A stretch of DNA of 64,000 bases, from assembly GCF_947568905.1 (NCBI RefSeq), contig NC_079167.1, forward strand, positions 57,164,001-57,228,000, written 5' to 3'. Below the pieces are notes generated by a model, which worked only from the letters and a program-made list of their open reading frames with translations, made no database searches and was not told the DNA's origin. Position 1 is the first letter of the stretch. Every line of letters starts with the position of its first letter. This DNA comes from Ostrea edulis (taxonomy: Eukaryota). Below are positions 49,501 to 63,091 of this stretch, one piece after another. The position numbers and the translations under genes are program-made.

Positions 49501-52500
49501 AATGTAGGCCTAAACTAAAATAACAAGGCCATACCTAGCAGCCAGAGCTTTCCTCAGATTATATGTATGCGAGTGGTATTTTCTACAAAATCAGAGAATT
49601 AGCAAAGTCAAACTACTTCACTGTTTTATAATCAGGTTAGGCAAGAAGAAAAAATTAATTCTGGTTCTCTGGTTGGTCCACATGATATTAGTGCCACATA
49701 AACGACTTTATAAGAGTTGTTAAAAAATCAAATGTTCTCACTTCTTTTTTTTTCAAAAATGAAGAAAATCTGGCGCAAGTTTTATGAGTACTATTTCCAT
49801 TTCAAAAATTCACCCAAAAGATTGCAAATAATTCCTATTTAATAAAATTTTTTTGGAAAATTATAACTGTTATAAACTTTGTCCTCAGACAACAGCTGTT
49901 TTGTTTGACCCAAAAATGGATCTGTTGGCTGAGGGCAACAATCCATAAGAGGGTCAAACAAAACAGCTGTTGTAAGAGGACAGTCTATAACGGTTTTGTT
50001 ATACACCTATATTCTTTTTAGGTTGTATTTTCTAGATGCACATGGTGTGTTGACTTTGAACTTTGAACAGGACAGTGTGATTGCATACATTTAACACCGT
50101 TATTACTAGTTTAAAAGAAAACATACCCAAGAACCTAATAATCAATTTTTTTTGCATTTCTGCTCTGCTTTTCATCTATTAAATGAATTCTGTATTTCAT
50201 CATCAGTTAAATCAGTGAACATTGTCATTACGTAAACAAAGCAGCAGACCAAGAATCACATGACGTGTGTTGCCAATAGAAATAGAGCAGACTATTGCCA
50301 GGTCAACAGTTAGTTTAACAGTTAAAATGTGTTCTAAATTGCATTAGTTTTATATAGGAAAAAAATTAAGGTGTATAACAACATATTCTAATGCATATCA
50401 ATTTTCAGTCAGCCAGCATTACTATGTATTGAAAAATAAATTGGTTTTGAAAGAAAAAGTGGCAATCGTATCATTTTCCTTCCAGTAAAAAGAAAGCTTC
50501 CCTGTCAAATCTATATTTGAAATTTAAAAAATGCCCTGAGAACCAGATTTTCAACTTTATATAGCTTTATAAAGACAGAAATATTTCCCTCATCAATTTC
50601 ATATCAATAAAGTTACTATTTCCTTTACAAAACTAACAAATGTTACTAAACTGGAGGGTAAAATTATCTTTTGATTCACTTGTAAGCTTACAGTAACACA
50701 TTATTTCATTACATCTAAATGTGCTTTACAAAAGGCCCACAGGCCTTTAAAATATCAGTCACCTGAGTATTAGTTAAAAATATCACTAGTCCCAAGGGCT
50801 ATGAAATCTAGAAAAAAATTCCTGTTCTGAATATCTATTAGCTAAATTCTAATATTCAGCAACAGTATAAAACAAGATGTGTTCTTAAAACTTAAATGCC
50901 CCCAAAAGTACCTATACTGATGAAAGACTTACATAACATACTTAATATGTAACATTAACATGATATGACTAATTTGGACCAATCCTAGAGTCAAAACCCT
51001 GAGGTTGCAAAATTCACAATTTCAAATTTGGTACATCTTTTTCTGCTTTTCCCAAATATGCATTTTAGTTTTCATATGTATCAGCAAACTTACAGAAATC
51101 TTCTAAATGATAAAGACAATAAATCAGTGTTAATTTTGGCCCAATCCTAAAACCAAAACCTTCACCCCTTGGAATCATGAAATTTACAATTTTGGTAAAA
51201 AAAACTATCTACTTCTTATAAATATCTATTTAGTTTCATTACAGAAGATATCATTTAAATATTTTACACATATACACTACAAAGATACCATGTCTGGCCC
51301 TGCCCTGCAGTCAGAACCTCTACCCAGGAAATTGTGAAATTTACAATTTTGTTAGAGGCCTTTCTGCACTACAACATTATGCATTCGGTTTTTCTTACAG
51401 ATGGAAGAAGATTTAAGAAAATTTGTCAATTTTTGTGCTGCCCCTGGGGTTGCAAAAGTCCTGAAATTTACAATTTATGTCTTCTTTGTTCCCAAGATAC
51501 TTTATGCCAAAAAAATGAAAATAATTGAAATGGTGGTTATCAAGAAAACAAAAATGTTCAATTGCTAACACATTAGTTCACTGACCATTTTTTGGCACCA
51601 TCATGATACCAAAAACCCCTTGGATCATGAAATTTACAATTTTGGTAAAGGACTTCCTGCTCTAGTCTTTCTAAATATCTATGTAGTTTCAATTCAGTAT
51701 CAATAGCACTAGAGAATATTTAAATGTTTTACACATAAACACTATATACCAAGTCTGGCCCTGCCCTGCAGTCAGAACCTGTACCCCAGGGATCATGAAA
51801 TTTACAATTTTGGTAGAGGCCTTCTAGCTCTACTTGACTATGCATTAAGTTTTTCTTTCAGATGTGTGGTTGTAGAGATTTTTGATAATGGGTCATTTTT
51901 TGGCAGTTTTTGCCCCGGACCTAAGGCCCCAAAGGGTGTAGGAGTTCATATGTCCCCCTTGTCCCAAAGATGTTTCATACCAAATTTGAAAAGAAATGGA
52001 ATGGTTGTTATCAAGAAGTAGTTAAACATATTCGATTGCTAAAGTACGACGGACACTGACCAATTGCAATAGGTCACCTGAGTTTACTCAGGCGACCTAA
52101 AAATTGTTAATTTCAAGAAAAGGGAGATGCTCTAAAGATCTTTGCCAGAAGATTATGAACAGAAGCTAACATCAAAACAGTAAAATTTTCAATATCAAGA
52201 ATTTCCAATCAGAGTCCTGGTCCCAAGACCATAAACTGAGAATAGACTTCAGTCAAAATTTTGATCACTTATATCTTAAGATTTATCTCGCACAGAGGTT
52301 TAAAAAATCTTGTGGTTTATAAAAAAGTCAAATACAAAAATATACTGAAAATTTTATTTGTTTATGAACATTATTTCAAAAGTTAGCTGGATTTGAAATT
52401 TAAACTAAAGTCTATTCTCAGTTTATGATCTTGAGGCCAGGAAATCCCGAGAAACTTTGGAAATGACAAAATTTACACTTAAAACACTATTTGGTGCTGG

Positions 52501-55500
52501 CATTTACGTCTGCCAACATAACATTGTATACAATATATGGATTACATGATATCTGGTAAATGTATTGTCAAGTGAAAACAAAGACACTGAATAGTGCTGC
52601 TAGGTCTGCAAGTGGTAATGTCCTACCTTTTGGCACTAGATGAGCCTGTACCATGTCTGGTACTTCGTTTGACCGACGAGGCATGGTTGTTTATGACAGT
52701 GCTAACTTTGGAGGCTTTAAGTGGAGACATGGGAGCTGCTGAGGTGTGAGCACTTTTGGTACCACTTGTCCTGTAAACTTGGGTGGTCGACCGTTTGTGA
52801 CCTTTCCCATCTTCATGCCTACAGTCAAGAGCACCATGGGATATGTCATGTGAAGGGGTAAAAAGGTACATGTGATGATAATATCATGCAGAGTAAATTA
52901 GAAATTTTTAAAGGGACTGGTTCACGTTTTTGTTGTTGTTATTTTTTGAGAGAAAAAACTGTCTTCATATTTGATGTTAAACGTTAAACTTATAACTCAT
53001 TTAAAGTTGACAACCAAAATTAATGCAAGGGTAAGTGCAATATTTTAGCCTTAAGTTAGTGTTATGTAAAAAGGACTTCATCCTTGTTTAAGTTTACAAA
53101 CAAACTAGTAAATTGTTAATTTTGTAATTTAAAACATCCAAATTTTTCTGCAGACAAACTCAACTTTTACCTAAACTTAAACAATACATGAAATGTGATA
53201 CATATAATAAACTTACATCGATAACCATGTTTTCAAAACTTCATAATCAATAACATACATGTACCTAAATCTTTGTTTACACAGCAAATAATAAACTCTC
53301 TATAATGAGCTTCTATCATAATTTATAACCTTAAAGAAACACTACAGCTCAATTTGCACAAATATCATGACAATTTAGCACAACTTTCTCAAAATTTTGT
53401 TGCATCTAGTTAAAGATATGAACTTTGCAGAGGAAAAATGTATATCTAACGTTTTACCACACAAATTAACACCATACAAAAAATCAAAGGGCTCAAGGGC
53501 TTCAGAGTCTACTCGTCCACGATTTCCAACAAGGGGTGGGGTGTGTATATGTACAGCACCATCTTATAAGCTTATTCTGAATAATTAAAGTATGCTAAAA
53601 CAAAAAGTACATGCATAAGTATATATATTATTCTTAACTAGATATCTATGGAACTTCAACGTCACAAACTAGAAACACGACAGATCGGCTTGAGAAATTT
53701 ACCCATAAAAGCTTCAAAAGTTGTGTGCACATAAAGGTTTAAGATCAAAAGTCACTATAATCCATGGTACCCAGCACATCTGCATGAAATGATCACTTAT
53801 CAGTACATGTCAAACATCAAATGTTTACCACAAAAGACAAAACAGTAACTGCCCTGACACAATTTGTAGCAGGTCTCAATACAAATTATTCTCTTGATCA
53901 CCTCTTTGTTCTTTCTGTTTACACGTATGGTTCTTTCTGTTTACATGTATTCCCACAAAAATGTACCACATGCGTATGTAAATGATGTTAACTCGTTCGT
54001 TGTTTATTTATTTGAACAAAGCAAATATAGGATTGGTTAATTCATTTCAGATATATTTTCGTTAGAATTCTGTTAGAATAATAGTTTAAGAATCGCCATA
54101 TCATTTATATTCACGGAAAGTTAAATGCAATATATCGAAGTTCTTATTCACCTAACCCGAGTTCTAACCCCAACCCTTCATATTCATGCGCGATTAAAAT
54201 TATTTTTATTTGATAGACTTCACAAGTCTTTTTCACCATTATTGTTTGGCTAAAATTTGAATATATCATACATAACTTTAATAACCATGTTAACAAATTT
54301 TAAATTCAATGAAAGACACGCAGCGTCTGCTTTCATATCCACAGTCTCATCTTCTCCCAACAGTATTCAGTTGCAGACCTGCTAGGTTGATGCCTGATTC
54401 TAAAATATTTTCACATTCTTTCACAAACAATGTGTGCGTTCCATTGACATTATTAAGAATTTTATGTGCACGGCAATGATTTTATTTAACAAAATATACA
54501 CTGCCAGTCAAACTATATTCAATTGTGTAAGAACTAAAGTGGTAGCAAAGCGGTGAATCCACAGGACGGACGCGATGCCAAGGAGTAGCTTCGTTACGCG
54601 AGTCGATTCAAAGAGAGAGAGAGAGAGAAAAAGAATTGAGTCTCCTCCTTTTGATATTTAGATGCATGTGCACAGAAGGTAAACATCGCAGCATGGCGTC
54701 CAATGAAAAAAAGTGCACAGCTGGTAGACCCAGATTTTTCACAAATTCTGCGAGAGAAGGAGTAAAAATAGAGCGAGATAAAACTCAGGCACTAACTACA
54801 ATTTACATTGTACCTGGGAGATCAGTATGTCCTTTGCATAACAAAAGATGGGCACGCGGGACTTTACAAAGATATTCGTTGATAAGCTAAGCCTAGTAAG
54901 TGTCAAATCTTAACACATAAATTACCTTAAAAGCACTGTTATGTCATGGGAGGGTTACAATTCAAGTAATAATTGATAGTCACTTAATTATATGAAATAG
55001 GGGAAAATCCCATAATTGAAAAAGTGAAAGCACCCCTAAGGGGTATTTAAATAACTTTTTTTTTTTAAAAGAAAAAACAATTTGTAATCATTCAAAATCC
55101 CATGATGTAAATATACATTGCAGTCTAAGTCAGCATGAAGGAACCTTTGAATTCTAGATAATATTCAAAGTGCAGTTGAGAGCAAATTGATGTATTTAAA
55201 TTATTCAAAAATGCCAACATTGGTATAACCTATGTAATTTTATCAATACACACTTAAAAAAACCCAAATAATTAAGATGTGATAAATGAGCTGTAGTGTC
55301 TCTTTAACTTTTTTTGGTGACACCTTTTAAAACACATTAGACAGTATTGATATAATCTCTACAAATTTATCAATACACACTTTAAAAAAACAAAACAATT
55401 AAGATACAATAAATGAGCTGTAGTGTATCTTTAACTTTTTTTGTGAAACCTTTTAAAACACATAAGACAGTAATAGATTTTGATCATTTAAAGTGAAAAA

Positions 55501-58500
55501 CAAAATTTTGGGGGAAATCGTGAATCAGTCCCTTTAAAATATTCTTTCACAAAGCTAGATAAGCTGCAGATGCCACAAATTCACAAAACTTCATTTATTT
55601 GAAAAATGGGTTGGTTTTTATTCAAAGCATAAGAGGTTAGATATCAGGTACTCAGACTTATGTACATAAGATGAAATACCACCGTGAGCATTCATCAGTC
55701 CTTCTACGGTTTCCTTACCCTAGAGCTCCAGTGGTCGCTGACCGTGAGTGGTGTTGTCGCAGCAGCTTCATCTGATTAAGCTTGTCACCCTGAGTTTCTA
55801 TCATGCTGCCTCTTGTAATGGGAGCTCTGTAAATCTATAATATTTTTTTTTTTATTTCAACCATAATAACTGACTTACTATATAATTGGTATAAGGTCAT
55901 ATGGGAGTCACTTTACTGTCAACTTTTGAGGGAAATATTTTTGACATGTATATTGTGTTATTTAATTAAGACATTGGTATGAACTTGAATTCATACACAC
56001 ACACATCAAACATTAATGAAAGTCTACAAATAAAAGGAATTAGACTGTTTATTGAGCATTCTAATATATGTAAAATATATCAAAATAAAATAACGATAGC
56101 ATTCAGTTCTTACATATTCAGAATTCTCATCCTCCTGATAGCCACATTTTTCTAACTCAATGGCATCTTGAATGCGCATATCATCCACGGCTGTCAGAAT
56201 CTTTGACACGCTGTGATGTCTCTCCCGTCTCTTATCATCCTTTGTACGAGCTCTGTACAGGTCTCCTTGCATCCACATCAGCGATTGCTTTCTGTTGAAA
56301 AAAAATATCAATATGTCTTGAAAAGAATTATCCAAGTTAGTGAAAGCAACATACTGTATATCGTATATATATATATATATATACACACACACCTACAAGT
56401 CCGATTTTGCGAATTAAATTTTGTTTTTGTGGATGGTGTAATGTAGTATCTTTTAAACAACTCAGCATGATCATCATTACTTTTTTTCAAACAGTTTTGT
56501 AAGTCGCTTGAGTATTTGTAACTACACTTACTCTTCCAAGAAATTCTGTTGAGGCCCTATAATCGAACCTGGCCGACAAATTCTGCACCACCCTATACAT
56601 TCTGAAGCAGTGAATTTATAATGCTTCATCATGTAACAAGCTATTAAAGTTCCTGTACGACCCAGACCAGCTGAAAGCAGAAATAGAATGCTTACATAAC
56701 ATGTCCAACAGTCAATAAAATTTTAATCAAATTAGCCTCATTTTAATTTAATCCACATTTGTACAGTTATCTGAAGAAAACTGTACAGACATCAACATAA
56801 AACATGCCCTACATCTTAAAATGGTTATTAGCAATGTTTCAAAGACTTCCTTTACAGCACCTACCTTTACAATGTACAGCAACAGCACCTTCAGCATTTT
56901 CAGATAACTCTATAAACTGCCTGACTATATTATCACTTGGTGTACTCCCATCAATGAAAAACAGGTCATAGTGATCAAAGCCTGCATCTGTGAATCGCCT
57001 AGCATCATAGATCTTTTTGTTTAACCTCACAATTGCGGTCACATTATGTTTCCTAAAATATGGGAAGTATGCCTCTGGAGCATGCAATGGATACCCTGTA
57101 CAAGAAAAAAACAAACATTTAATACCCTGTTAGGAGCACGCCTGTTGTGAATAAAACTCTCGACAATCATTTAAAATGTGTTCAGGTATTTAACAAATTT
57201 ATCACTGAAATTATCTTAGCACGAAATATATATGGTACATGTGTATTTTACTTTAATTTTCTTCCACATTATCAAGTTTGTAATAATAAAAGATGTAGAT
57301 ATAGCAACATGAAAAGTCAGAGCAAATTAGGATACAACTTCACAGCAAATATAGAAGAGCAGTCATTTTACTATAAAGATAATAAACAATATGTGTTCAT
57401 GAAACACTATGCTTCCAGGTGTGCAGAAATTCAGTTGCGGTAAATTTGACCTTGACCATAATAAATAACCTTGATTTTTTTTTTTTAGTTAGATAGCCTT
57501 CGCCTTGATTTTACTGTTCACCCAGTATGACGACTAGATCTCATATAGTTTAAAAGTTCAACCAAGACTTAAGTTGCAGACTGACCTTTAAAGTGGCAGA
57601 CAGACAGACCAAGAACATACCCCAATCCTGATCTTGGTCACACAAACCTTCTATTTAATGTTGAAAAGCATTAATAATTAATAAATAGCTCTGTATCTAG
57701 GAAGAAAGACTTGTACAACCTTACTCATGTATACCATTATACATGTACATGTATGCACTGAATTTCACTGATCTACATACCTAAATACCAAGACATACAT
57801 CAAACTTTCTCAGAAAGCCCTGCTGTTTGTGCACAGGACTTTTTACTACAGGTACACACAAAACAGCAATATTCCCCTGACATGCTTGATACTAGACTAC
57901 GATAGCAACTAGAGAAATGGTACATGGGGTGTAAATCCCCAGTGAGCTAGACTAGAGATAACACGATGGGGATGATCCCCCCAGTCATGTCAATCATACC
58001 ATCCTCCATCTTGCTCTTGACATGGGGGCCACTAAAAGCGACCATTTTATGAGGAATGATCCAATTAAGATCCCCATTTTCAACTCTCTGGAGGAAGAAA
58101 AATAAGAAAGTAAAACTCTTTTAAGCCTATACAAAACATGTTATGCTTCTCCATGCGACCAGCTGCTCTGACCACCTCTGAACTGCTTAGACTTTTCTGT
58201 GCTGTTGAAAAACAAGAGAGGTTAGTGCGTATAATTACCATTTTCAATCTTTGTTTTGGGATGAGGTCCACAAAATGCCAAAAATTTGTTTGGCACAATC
58301 CAGTTGAAGTCACCATTTTCTACTTTCTACAAAAAAGTTTGCTTTATTGAATTCACAACTGCTTAGGCATAAATATTATACCCCATTTTGTGAACTATAT
58401 TTCTAAATATTTGTAAATACATATACAGGGAAACTTGTTTAATTCTAACATGCTTGGCAACATAAAAAAATCTATGGATTAGACAACATCTGGAATATCA

Positions 58501-61500
58501 AGATTTTGGGGGTAGATTTATGAGGTTTACACAACAATTTGGGATTGCACAAAGACCGGAGTAAACAAGTTATACTGTTCATGAATGTGTATAATATCAA
58601 AGGGATAGTAGAGCTCATTTTAGTGATCTTTTTTCTCACCTCAAATCATCTTATTCCATTTTAATATTATAAAAAAGATAAATGAATATATCAATTTTGA
58701 TGTGATTGCATGCTTGTCAAAAGTTACCCAAGGAGCCAACTTGTATAGCAAAATGAATTTTTGTCCAAGAAGCAAATATTCAGGGGATGTAATACTATAA
58801 TTGTTTTAAACTTGGAAATAAATGCAAATAAATGCATAAAATTGTTATTATTTACAGGAAATGACTTGTACCAGTCATTTGGACTCATTTTAATTCTTAG
58901 AAAAAAAAGAAAGAACAAAATGACCTTACTATCCCTTTAAAAATGTCAAGTTCAAGAAAAATCATCTTTACATTTCTGTTATCAAATTCACTTAATCCAA
59001 TTCCAAAGTTACAAACCAAAGTGAAATTCTACTTTTACATATGATCAGTTACAACAATTCATGTTTTTCTTAAATTTTTTATACAAGCCGATTAGATTTT
59101 AAGCTCATAATATCACAGGTATACAGAAAAAAGTCACAAACTGAAGACACGTGCACTTTTATACAGGTAATGACAATCTACTGGGTCATTTACAGAGCTC
59201 CAGATAAGGTGCATATCAGCGTAAATACTCATTAAATTTGACCAAATACGCATTTAAGTTGAAAATCATACGTACAATTACACATTAGCGAATGTAAATA
59301 CGCTTTACACTCCCAAATTAATGCTTATTAGTCCGCGTATTTGTGATACATGTACAATGTAGTATGATATAAATATGAATTATCTATTCATATACCGGTA
59401 TATAAATTAAGATTAGCCCAGGGCTTGATCATACATGATATTTAGCGCTATGAAATACCTTTTGATGACAATCACAATTTTGAAAAATTGGAAGAGTTAA
59501 CTCAAAACACTATTATATAGGCCTACTTGTTACACTTTCTTTCTTAAAGAGTTAGTGTGCAGTCGAAAGCACAGAGAAAAGAACATATTATCAATCGTGG
59601 ACGAATGATATACAGAATTGGATCATAATCATGTGACTGAGTGGCTGACATATTCAAATTTGATGCATCAATGATAAATATCAAATTCCCAATGACAATG
59701 AATAGTTTTATATGTGTAATAAAAAGAACTGCAAATGATTTCCCCCATAAATAGCTGGAGCGGCCTTTTAGTATAAATTTTTAAGTTAAAGTTTAACGGA
59801 AGAAGTATCATTTATCTGGTTACATCTTCTGTGCAAAAGACCAAAGATAATCAGTAAATTAACAAAATACACTTTTGAATTTTTCTGAAAAGCAAAATAC
59901 GTATTGATTTGAAAATCAGGGAGTAAATATTCTTTGTGGTAAAAAATTATCTGGAGCTCTGATTTATCTAACGCAGTATTAAGTCTTCCCCGGAAGACAT
60001 GTGTCGCCTGCTAGTTCATTCTATATGTAATATATCACGTATAATGTTGAAAAAGTAAATTATTGAAATGGTTTTTGTCACTAAACAGGAAGTTGATAAG
60101 CGACAGATTCGAAAATGTCTTACACAATACAGTTGGCCACAGTGATGCTCTGTGCCAAATATCAGGAAGTTGCCCCATGTGGTTCTTGAGAAAACTGTGA
60201 CAGAATTTTTTTTGCTGTAAAAAATTCTAAGTCCCGGCAAACAGGAAGTTGATAAGCGACAGATTCGAAAATGTCTTACACAATACAGTTGGCCACAGTG
60301 ATGCTCTGTGCCAAATATCAGGGAGTTGCCCCATGTGGTTCTTGAGAAAACTGTGACAGAAATTTTTTGTGATGACGACGCAGGACGACGGATAGTGATC
60401 CCTATATGTCGCCACTGCGTAACGCAGGCGACACAAACATCTAGAGCAATTACAATATATAAGGAAATAGTTCACTATATCATTCAATGCTTTTAATAAA
60501 TTTTACTTCCCCACAGCCAGAGGTTGTAATGTCTTTCTATTCCCTAAGGTTACAGTATATAATAACATTTGTAATACTGTATGCTTTTGCCATATAACCT
60601 GTGGCAATACATATCTTTTTAGTTTTGAACAATTTTAATTTTGTTTCTGTAACAAAACACAAAACTTACCTCATAATGCTCATACTCATCAACATCAAAA
60701 GTTTCAAAATTGAAGAAACCATTTGCTAGTGCCTACAAAAAAGACCACAGTATAATGCAATATTAAAGAACTTAGCACAATTACTTGCATCAAATAAATT
60801 TCAATCATTCTCATGTCATTAATTCATTCATAATTACAGTATACAATGAAAATTTCATTAGTCTGAATGAATCTGGACCAGTCTGGTTTGACAACCCAAG
60901 ACTGTTTCTCTACAAATTATTTACAGTCAACATATCTTCCATTCTTCTGCTATACTTACCTTACTAAGACCATGTAAGCAGTCCAGCAATGTGAGATTGT
61001 ATGTGCATGCCCCAAATGATGCATCCCTGCTCAAACAGAAAAGGAAATTAATCAAATTCAATTTTCTATACAATGTCTAATCTAATACAGATTTGGCACA
61101 TATATATTTCAAGTTACTATAACAACACAAATAATTAGAGAGCGGATTTACATAAGTTATGGCATGGCTTGCTTTCCAATATCTGTTGTTACTTGTACCT
61201 TGTAATTACATGCTGTCTAAAAAAATTTGAATAAATATTATTTTAAACTAAAACAAACAAAAATCTGAACCCCATATTTTTGTCAAAATGTGGCAATGAT
61301 GTAGAGCCAAAAGGAATATCATTGTGTTTGTCCAAAAACATACCTAAATGGAAGAAAAGGTGGATTTGAACCAGCCACTAGTGGCCTGTATGCTTCCTCT
61401 GGGGTTTTCTTCAGATAAATGATCTGTTCAAAATAGAAAATAAAAATCATCTTTTGCATAATTTCTTATCAATGATATATATTGTTCAATCCTATCAAAC

Positions 61501-63091
61501 ATTAAGTCAATATCCTGTACAAAGAGTGCATGCATCATCTTATGAAATTCTTGGAAAGTGTAGATGAGCAAGAATGATAATTTTCAACTGCCTTGAATTC
61601 TTTTACAATGTTAGTGAACTTAGACAAAATTAATAATTTAACACGAATGTGTGTGTGAGCAGAAACACAAAAGACAAATTTAAGTATAAATGTTACAATA
61701 CTCTGCTGTCATTGAATAATATTTACATTTCAAAAGTTTTTTCCTTTGATACCTTAGTTTAGAAATTGCAAAGATATGCATTGTTTTCATAAACAGGCTA
61801 CAGTTGTAAAAAATGAGTGGATAAATACAGAACTAAATGATAAATTAATATTGTCTATTTCAACAGCAGGGGATACAAACAAAAATTTGAATATAAAAAA
61901 TTTCATTTTTGAAAATACATGATGGTAAAACTGCAACACTTCATACCGGCATACTTTCCAGAAAGCATTAAAGGGACTGATTCACGATTTCCCCCAAAAT
62001 TTTGTTTTCACTTTTAATGATCAAAATCTATTGTCTAATGTGTTTAAAAGATTTCATATCAAAATTAAGGTTATACATTATCACAGAAACTCATTTTAGA
62101 GAGTTTATTATTTATTTTGTAAACAAAGATTGCGGTATGTTATTGTTTACGAAATTTTCCAAAGAAATGGATATCAATCTTAGTTTATTATATCTTTCAC
62201 ATTTCAAGCATTCTTTTAGGTTATATGTGTCATCTAAAAGTTAAAATTTGTGACTATGCGAAATCAAGATGCTTTATATTACAAAATTAACATTTCACTG
62301 GTTTGTTTGTATACATGAAAAGACTCGAGTCTTTGTTTACATAACACAGATTTCAGGCTAAAATATTGCTTTTATTCTTGCGTTCAGAAGGTCAAACTTT
62401 TGGCTGTTAACATTAATATTATATTTTTAATGTTTAAAATCAAAAATGAAAAATATAGTTTTTTTTCTTCAAAAATCATGAACCAAGTCCCTTTAACACA
62501 CTTCAGAAAGCATGCTGTCATGAAGCATCACAGTTCATGAATACCATACATAGAAATTTATTTCTTGATTATGTTTTGACAATGATTCCAATTGCTTATT
62601 GTCAGAGTCTATCTGGTAAAATTTACTAAATGTCTCCTTTTTGGGAAAGTTTGAGCATGTGATAATTTGTATAAACAGTGAAGCCATATTTACAAGAATT
62701 ATTCTAGTATCATCATGCACATATAAACACTATACAGCAATTACTTATAATTACATTATAAACTATTTACTACATTTTAAGGCATATAAATAACCTAAAC
62801 TCAATATAATTCACTCAATTAACTTTTCATAAACGTCACAGGTTAATGTTCTATAGAGCTAAGCCACAATGGATACCCCATCATTTTTTATCACTCTCAA
62901 TTTATAAGTTATTAAAAAATTTAAAAACACTGACTTAGATTCATTATAAATTCATCATTCCTATTTTTGATAGTGCCCAGAGTGGGTTGTTGACTTACTG
63001 CATATGATGAAATCAGAAATGCAGCATTGGCACGTTTCCTTGCATCAAAGCTTGTGTAGTGAATAATTCTCTTCTTTGCAAGTGAGAAAGA
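46593..63091 (-). CDS. CDC14A: Dual-specificity phosphatase CDC14 (CDC14A/B-like), 3' part; first exons lie beyond the right edge
   Basis: Exons 63091-62999, 61423-61344, 61026-60960, 60732-60670, 58087-58000, 57095-56865, 56670-56532, 56291-56114, 55834-55719, 52818-52627, 48287-48158 and terminal exon from 46638 (stop at 46612 or 46593 depending on isoform). Motifs [35 protein letters not shown], catalytic [21 protein letters not shown]. Phases are consistent. A versus B paralogue identity cannot be assigned. Confidence 0.95.
50728..52103 (-). mobile_element. HINE-like element in a CDC14 intron
   Basis: Left end acaaaaggcccacaggcc plus cacctgagt, right end ggtcacctgagtttactcaggcgacctaaaaa hairpin, and internal repeats catgaaatttacaattttggt. 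Confidence 0.7.
52912..55533. mobile_element. Kolobok-like DNA transposon derivative, 2.6 kb
   Basis: TTAA on both flanks (52908-52911, 55534-55537). Termini agggactggttcacg / cgtgaatcagtccct. Internal decayed ORF at ~54693-54890. Confidence 0.7.
59193..59961. mobile_element. Non-autonomous TIR transposon, 769 bp
   Basis: Perfect 15-bp TIRs cagagctccagataa / ttatctggagctctg. ATTTA directly flanks both ends. Confidence 0.8.
59983..60436 (-). mobile_element. HINE-like element
   Basis: Inverted repeat gtgtcgcctgc (60001) / gcaggcgacac (60423), hairpin gtcttccccggaagac, two tandem core units and a gac microsatellite. Confidence 0.75.
61972..62492. mobile_element. Short Kolobok-like element, 521 bp, same family as 52912-55533 in opposite orientation
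   Basis: TTAA flanks (61968-61971, 62493-62496). Termini agggactgattcacgat / atcatgaaccaagtccct. Both halves match the ends of the 2.6-kb element. Confidence 0.75.
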
